Shown in pieces: positions 59,106 through 64,000 of a stretch of 64,000 bases of DNA; the first letter of the stretch is position 1; each line of letters opens with the position of its first letter. Where the stretch lies: positions 19,508 to 83,507 of the forward strand of contig CAYLPP010000011.1 of the NCBI GenBank assembly GCA_964385615.1, in the 5' to 3' direction. Below the pieces are notes generated by a model. The model was not told the origin of the DNA and ran no database searches. It saw only the letters and a program-made list of their open reading frames with translations. The position numbers were made by a program, and so were the translations under genes. The stretch comes from an uncultured bacterium (GTDB taxonomy: Bacteria > Omnitrophota > Omnitrophia > Omnitrophales > Aquincolibacteriaceae).

Positions 59106-59486
59106 TTATTTCATTTTTGACATTTTTTTTGCAGTTCGATCTGCTCTTTTCGTGAGACCTGCCGCAAGCTCCGGCTTCGACGCTTGCAAAGCAGCCGCCG
59201 AATCCCTCAGGAGCTTCAAATGCGCGGCTCGGCGAGCCTGTCTTTCCGGCGTATTCTTTTCTTTCGGCTCCTCTTTTCCTTCTTTTTCATTGGCTTCTTC
59301 ATTTGCAAACGCAGTCAGATCAGCCGAAAGAGACGGCTGAGAAGATTGAAGGGCTGCCGCCGAAGACTGTAAAAGTTTTACAAACGCAGCATCATCATGT
59401 CCTTCATGCGCGAATAACACTGATGACGATGAAAAACTTAAACCCAACACAAGAAAACCCAACATCAAACTTTGTGACAATTTCAT
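59106..59486 (-). CDS. Hypothetical periplasmic protein with signal peptide and an internal tandem duplication
   Basis: Signal peptide MKLSQSLMLGFLVLGLSFSSSSVLFA. Two ~25-aa repeats (LLQSSAAALQSSQPSLSADLTAFA / LLRDSAAALQASKPELAAGLTKRA). Lys/Glu-rich linker. Confidence 0.4.
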   Translation of the reverse strand: MKLSQSLMLGFLVLGLSFSSSSVLFAHEGHDDAAFVKLLQSSAAALQSSQPSLSADLTAFANEEANEKEGKEEPKEKNTPERQARRAAHLKLLRDSAAALQASKPELAAGLTKRADRTAKKMSKMK

Positions 59487-59572
59487 GACTCCTCCATTGG
59501 TTGATTTATAATGTGAAAAATTATCTTTGATTTTGATCGCGGCAAACGCCTCCCTGGCTTGTTAAATTAATC

Positions 59573-60517
59573 TTATACTGGCATAAGGGCCTCATGCTTT
59601 TCGATTTCAATCAATGCTCGTTTGATTCTTTGAGTTTCGTCCGAAAATTGCGCTGCAATAATCCGGGCATTCTTTGCTCTCTTTAAATCCCAAACCAACC
59701 CAAGCTTAGCCAGCCCTGCAATAATCCATTTGCTAGGGTCCCAATGATACCAGCGCACTCCATTGCGGTAATCATACGGAAATCGATGGTGAAAATTGTG
59801 ATACCCCTCGCCAAAAGTAATCAGGGCAGCCAACCAATGGTCCTTTGCGGAAGAATTTCTGTCATAAGTAGCCTGCCCAAACATATGGCAAAATGAATTG
59901 ATACAAAAAGTCGCATGATAAACCAACGTAATTCTTGTGCAAACGCTAAATAAAAGCGCTCCCAACCAATGACCGGTTAGCCCACCTATCGCGATTGGCA
60001 GAAGAACTCCACTCATAACAGCCCAAAGACGGTAATGCTGATGTTGATGCATGATAAGGCGGCTCTTCTGAAGATCCTTTACGTTCTCGTAGCAGGTTTT
60101 ATGCTTCCAAAAAATCAGCCAGCCTATATGGGCGTAGAAAAATCCCCTTTTGATATTGTAGGGATCAAGGTCCGTATCGACATAGCGATGATGATCCCTA
60201 TGTTGAGATGCCCATTTAAGCGCCGACTGTTCAAAGGCCGCAGCACCGAAAAACAGAATAATAAAACGAACTAACGGCTTTGCCTTAAAAGTCGCATGGG
60301 CAAATAAGCGATGGTAGCCCATCGTGATGCTTAATGGAGTGATAATCATGTAAAACACAAAAAGAAGAACTTCCGGCATCGAAAGGCCAAAGCGGTGGAT
60401 ATAAAGGGGCGTACCAATCACACCGAGAATAGTAGTGATCGTAAAAAAAGCAATATTGTTCCACATCATCTTTTTCACAGGGGCTGATCTCTCAGAAATC
60501 ATGGCGGCACCTTTCAT
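59573..60517 (-). CDS. Acyl-CoA (stearoyl-CoA-type) delta-9 fatty-acid desaturase
   Basis: Three His boxes: HRLFAH, HRDHHRY, HNFHHRFP. Four TM helices. Confidence 0.8.
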   Translation of the reverse strand: MKGAAMISERSAPVKKMMWNNIAFFTITTILGVIGTPLYIHRFGLSMPEVLLFVFYMIITPLSITMGYHRLFAHATFKAKPLVRFIILFFGAAAFEQSALKWASQHRDHHRYVDTDLDPYNIKRGFFYAHIGWLIFWKHKTCYENVKDLQKSRLIMHQHQHYRLWAVMSGVLLPIAIGGLTGHWLGALLFSVCTRITLVYHATFCINSFCHMFGQATYDRNSSAKDHWLAALITFGEGYHNFHHRFPYDYRNGVRWYHWDPSKWIIAGLAKLGLVWDLKRAKNARIIAAQFSDETQRIKRALIEIEKHEALMPV

Positions 60518-60522
60518 CTTTT

Positions 60523-61206
60523 TTAAATTTCAAGCTGCTCAAAGAAACTTTGAACCTCCAGGAGAGATTCAAAATTTATGCAGGATCGCCCCCGCTCTTT
60601 AAAATGCTCGGAAAGTCTCCCCTTAGCAAAAACGATATCAGCATGCTCAGCTGGGCAAATATCAGAGAGGCCATCGCCAACGTAGACCGTAATTTTATCC
60701 GCTGCGTTAAGCACATGTCTTTTTTTACAATGAGCGCAACGCGAGCAGTCCGCACTTAAAAATGGGAACGAAGGGATCAACTGATCTCCGCGGAATTCCA
60801 GTTCGTTAGCATAGACCGGGACGTTATCAATTCCATGATGATTCAAAATCTCGCGAATAAAAAAAGAAAAACTGTCACTGACGATAAGGGTTTTTATCCC
60901 CCAATCTTTAAAAAAGATTAGCAGCTTCTTAAAGTGCGGGTCGAGCTTGATCTCGGACAGATATTCGGACAGAGTTTGTTGAGTAACTCGAAGGGACTGA
61001 AGCTGTCCCTCTAAGCATTGTTTAGATCCGATCCTGCCGGCCTGCCAATCATTTTCAAATTTTATCCAGTCGGTATTGATTGAAAACTTCTGAATGATTG
61101 AATCAAGAACATCAAATTCTGTAAGGGTATTATCAAAATCAAAGAATACAACATGCTCCCGCTTTTCCGGAAAATTATCCAGAGATCGCCTTAATGGCGC
61201 GTTCAT
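60523..61206 (-). CDS. HAD-superfamily phosphatase (phosphoserine-phosphatase / MtnX-like subfamily)
   Basis: Motif I FFDFDNTLT (DxDxT), motif III K, motif IV GDGLSD. Confidence 0.65.
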   Translation of the reverse strand: MNAPLRRSLDNFPEKREHVVFFDFDNTLTEFDVLDSIIQKFSINTDWIKFENDWQAGRIGSKQCLEGQLQSLRVTQQTLSEYLSEIKLDPHFKKLLIFFKDWGIKTLIVSDSFSFFIREILNHHGIDNVPVYANELEFRGDQLIPSFPFLSADCSRCAHCKKRHVLNAADKITVYVGDGLSDICPAEHADIVFAKGRLSEHFKERGRSCINFESLLEVQSFFEQLEI

Positions 61207-62111
61207 GTTTTTATCTCGCTTTGCAGCACGCCTTCTTCTACGGGAACTCGGCTAAAAAAATCAGCCACCTTCTCAGCAACAGTTTCCCGCTCCTGATCCG
61301 CCGTAATTACATGATAGGAGTCATGGAGCAGAAAAATCTCTTTCATTTCTGAAGCAATCTGGTCATGGATAAACTGAGAATTCTTAATGCTAGTCATATC
61401 GTCTTCGGCGGCCTGAATAAGCTGGACAGGGAGATGAACATTTGACAGCTTGGAACACACACGTTTAATTAACTGATTCATTTCAGCAAATAGCGCCACG
61501 GGGAAATAGGGATACCCGTATTTTTCAACATCCCTCAAATCATCCAGTCCCGCGGAACTGTAATACTCATGAATCCGTTTTCGAACGGCTAAATTTTTAA
61601 TCCCATATGGAGATTCTTCTTTAAAATAAATGAAGTACTTCAAAGGGGTACAAGAAGCTAACGGCAGTAAATGCCTGCTCCAGGGAACATTCCAACCATC
61701 ATAGAAAAGGGTTGGCGAAAGGCAACTCACGCCTGAAATTTTATTCGGAAATTCTTCTGCGAGCAGTAACGCAAGAAGAGCCCCCATAGAAAGGCCGCCA
61801 ACAAAAACCGGGCCACTATGCTGATTATCTAAATTTAAAAAAGTAGTGCGGACTGAATCGTAGAAATCCTGCCACTTGGCCTTCTTCAAAATCTCCAAAG
61901 GCTCCCCATGATAAGCCAATCGGGGACAGTAAACCGAATAGCCCTGACGATGCAGATAATGGGCTATGAATTTCATTTCATTTGGCGTCCCCGTTAGTCC
62001 ATGAATTAAAATGACGGTTCCACGCGTGGCACCATTGAGTGAAAAACCTTCCGGCTTTGAAACGGATTTCGCAGGTTTCTTGAAAGAAAAATGAAATTCG
62101 ACAGGCATCAA
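61203..62111 (-). CDS. Alpha/beta-hydrolase (esterase/lipase-like)
   Basis: 302 aa with HGLTG oxyanion region and nucleophile elbow GLSMG. 4-nt overlaps at both ends. Confidence 0.65.
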   Translation of the reverse strand: MMPVEFHFSFKKPAKSVSKPEGFSLNGATRGTVILIHGLTGTPNEMKFIAHYLHRQGYSVYCPRLAYHGEPLEILKKAKWQDFYDSVRTTFLNLDNQHSGPVFVGGLSMGALLALLLAEEFPNKISGVSCLSPTLFYDGWNVPWSRHLLPLASCTPLKYFIYFKEESPYGIKNLAVRKRIHEYYSSAGLDDLRDVEKYGYPYFPVALFAEMNQLIKRVCSKLSNVHLPVQLIQAAEDDMTSIKNSQFIHDQIASEMKEIFLLHDSYHVITADQERETVAEKVADFFSRVPVEEGVLQSEIKT

Positions 62112-63532
62112 ATAGTCCTTTTTGTTTTCTTAATAATTTGATCAAGGAGATCATGTGCGAGATCCATTTCCTCATAACTAATTTCCAGAGACGGGGCAAG
62201 ATTGACCACATTTTTATAATATCCGCCCACATTCAATACAAGACCGAGCTTGCGGCCATGACTGTTCAAGTCTCCCTTAAGTCCTGTCTGGAACATCCGG
62301 TCAAGCATCAACCGATTAGGCGTAACGCCGTCAGCTTCGCAAATTTCCATTCGCAGCGCCAAACCAAGTCCATCCACATTTCCAATCTCCGGATGAACTT
62401 TCTGGAGGTCTTTTAAAAGCCCCAGAAAATAAGCACCTTTTTCTGTAACCATTTTCCCGTAGTCTTTTTCTGAAAATATCTTCATCACTTCAAGACCTGC
62501 AGCAGTACCGATGGTATTTGAAGAATAGGTTGAATGCGTAGAGCCGGGTCCAAACTTTTCCGGACTTATCAGTTCTTCGCGTGCCCAAATTCCGGAAAGC
62601 GGATTAAGTCCATTAGTAAGCGACTTCCCGAAAATAATAATGTCGGGCTTTACGCCGGAGTGCTCAATCGACCACAATTTACCCGTCCGATAAAGTCCCA
62701 TTTGCACTTCATCAGCTACAACCAAAATTCCGTGATCCTGACACGCTTTAGCGATACGCTGCAAATATCCAGCAGGCGGAATGATATAACCGCCGGTCCC
62801 CTGGACTGGTTCAATAAAAAAAGCACCGAATTCTGAATGCCCCGTTTTCGGGTTCCAAAAACCAGAAAACTCGTGTTTGAATTTTCGCTCAAACTGCTGG
62901 GCACAATAAAGCTCACAGCTCTCACGTTTTTTATCGTAAGGGCAACGAAAACAATACGGATAAGGCTCAAAATGAGCCCGTTCTGGAAACTCACCGAAAG
63001 GCTCACGGTAACGGTAAGAAGAAGTAATCGAGGAAGCTCCCAAAGTCCGGCCGTGATAGCCACCTTCAAAAGCAAGCATTCGCTGCCGCCCAGTATTTCT
63101 TCGCACAATTTTTAGAGCATCTTCCACAGCTTGGGCTCCACCAACATTAAAATGCACACGGCCTTTTAAACCAAAACGTTCCTCGATGCTTCTTCCTATA
63201 TGCGCCGCGAGTTCTATCTTTTCACGGTGAAGATATTGACTTGCCAGTTGGGGGAGTTTATCCATCTGCCTTTTAACAGCATCGCTAACCCGAGGATTGG
63301 CGTATCCAAGATTGGCCGTGGAATACCACATTTGCAAATCAAGGTAAGGTGTGTCCTCGGCATCATAAAGAAAACTCCCGCTGCATCGCTCAAAAATTTT
63401 AGGCACTGCGGCATAGTGAACCGTGTCTCCGTAAGAACAAAAGCGACTCTCTAAAGCAAGCAGCTCCGCCTCTTCATGAAAAATATCTTCGGATTTCGTC
63501 TCTTCATCTATTTTAAGAATATTTGGGTTCAA
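62108..63532 (-). CDS. Class-III (omega-type) PLP-dependent aminotransferase
   Basis: 474 aa; glycine-rich loop VGGAQAVEDALK; ADEVQMG; Schiff-base lysine context FGKSLTNG. Confidence 0.75.
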   Translation of the reverse strand: MNPNILKIDEETKSEDIFHEEAELLALESRFCSYGDTVHYAAVPKIFERCSGSFLYDAEDTPYLDLQMWYSTANLGYANPRVSDAVKRQMDKLPQLASQYLHREKIELAAHIGRSIEERFGLKGRVHFNVGGAQAVEDALKIVRRNTGRQRMLAFEGGYHGRTLGASSITSSYRYREPFGEFPERAHFEPYPYCFRCPYDKKRESCELYCAQQFERKFKHEFSGFWNPKTGHSEFGAFFIEPVQGTGGYIIPPAGYLQRIAKACQDHGILVVADEVQMGLYRTGKLWSIEHSGVKPDIIIFGKSLTNGLNPLSGIWAREELISPEKFGPGSTHSTYSSNTIGTAAGLEVMKIFSEKDYGKMVTEKGAYFLGLLKDLQKVHPEIGNVDGLGLALRMEICEADGVTPNRLMLDRMFQTGLKGDLNSHGRKLGLVLNVGGYYKNVVNLAPSLEISYEEMDLAHDLLDQIIKKTKRTI

Positions 63533-63550
63533 GATAATCTCCTTATCGTT

Positions 63551-64000
63551 CTAATTGAAATTTCTAACCATTTTCGGATTCATCCCTAATTTACTTCCAG
63601 ATTTAAGTTCTTTGTAACGCTCATATCCTTTCCAGCGGCGGTGCGTCCAAAGCCATTGCTCTGGGTAGGCCAAGATTTGCTTTTCGAGCAAATGATTGAG
63701 CTTGAGAGTTGTTTGCTCTTCCCAATTATCTTCATTCCCTTCGATAGAAACTTCCTCTTTAATTTGAATCTCATATTGTCCAAATCCCTTTCTCACACAA
63801 TAAGCCGGAATAAGCGCAGCTCCTGTCCGTTTTGCTAAACGCACAGGGATAGATGTTGTCGAGGTGGGCTCTCCAAAGAAATCCACCCAAATCCCGTCAC
63901 CACCTGCCCACTGGTCGATCAAGATAGCGACTAAATGATTCTTATGCAGCGCTGAAAGAATGGCCCGAATCGACTTTTTATTCTCAAGAGACTTGAGCCC
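63551..64000 (-). CDS. Lysophospholipid/lipid A acyltransferase (LpxL/HtrB-like LPLAT), N-terminus beyond window end
   Basis: The reading frame continues past 63922 to the window edge (..AILSALHKNHLVAILIDQWAGGDGIWVDFFG.., the substrate-pocket region of LPLATs). The HX4D motif is expected upstream, outside the window. Confidence 0.55.
   Translation of the reverse strand, partial: GLKSLENKKSIRAILSALHKNHLVAILIDQWAGGDGIWVDFFGEPTSTTSIPVRLAKRTGAALIPAYCVRKGFGQYEIQIKEEVSIEGNEDNWEEQTTLKLNHLLEKQILAYPEQWLWTHRRWKGYERYKELKSGSKLGMNPKMVRNFN

Noticed and set aside
1-64000. CRISPR arrays, rRNA genes, transposases or integrases
   Set aside because: No regularly spaced direct repeats, no rRNA-like conserved stretches and no DDE transposase or tyrosine-recombinase motifs were seen in any frame.

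Overview
The window is a 64-kb bacterial chromosomal segment, apparently from a diderm (Gram-negative) organism: lpxA, an LpxL-family acyltransferase and an ABC-2/GldG-like transporter are present. Almost all genes lie on the minus strand.

Positions 1-31.8 kb are ordinary housekeeping:
- punA-yggT-proC-yggS.
- A 4-gene ABC-2/GldG/DUF4340 transporter.
- tyrS, chrA, lpxA, fabF, rpsA.
- An aromatic amino-acid block tyrA-aroF(DAHP synthase)-hisC-pheA, then scpB-scpA-trpS.
- Sulfite reductase, a bifunctional aldolase/SDR, an acyl-CoA dehydrogenase, an RlmI-like methyltransferase, manC-manB, and a class-II tRNA (Leu).

The striking feature is one uninterrupted 11.3-kb ORF (33482-44821, minus) encoding a ~3,750-aa protein that I cannot place in any characterised family.
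- It has an N-terminal signal peptide and an internal 4-TM bundle.
- It embeds a class-I SAM methyltransferase domain and a CBM48/E-set-like sugar-binding module.
- It carries one HExxH motif.
- The pentapeptide R-S-E-[V/L/A]-R (usually A/G/P-RSEVR-A) recurs ten times at irregular, domain-sized spacing. These look like processing or recognition sites of a polyprotein.

This gene sits in a co-directional block with GDP-mannose genes downstream and, upstream, three NAD-dependent epimerase/dehydratases, a zinc-finger C-methyltransferase, a second methyltransferase and an FAD oxidoreductase. That context suggests a dedicated glycan pathway.

From ~51.4 kb to the window end the DNA is visibly more AT-rich. 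It starts at a terminator-like perfect hairpin and carries:
- A YhcG/DUF1016 PD-(D/E)XK nuclease.
- A 565-aa membrane protein.
- Two paralogous winged-helix (replication-relaxation-like) proteins, one full-length and one N-terminal only.
- A ~700-nt hairpin-rich non-coding stretch.
- A PMT/GT39-like glycosyltransferase with a CheY-like regulator, and an XRE regulator.
- A translationally coupled lipid operon: LPLAT acyltransferase, class-III aminotransferase, alpha/beta hydrolase, HAD phosphatase, acyl-CoA desaturase.

No CRISPR array, rRNA or obvious transposase was seen. All calls rest on reading the translated ORFs and DNA by eye. No database search was run.
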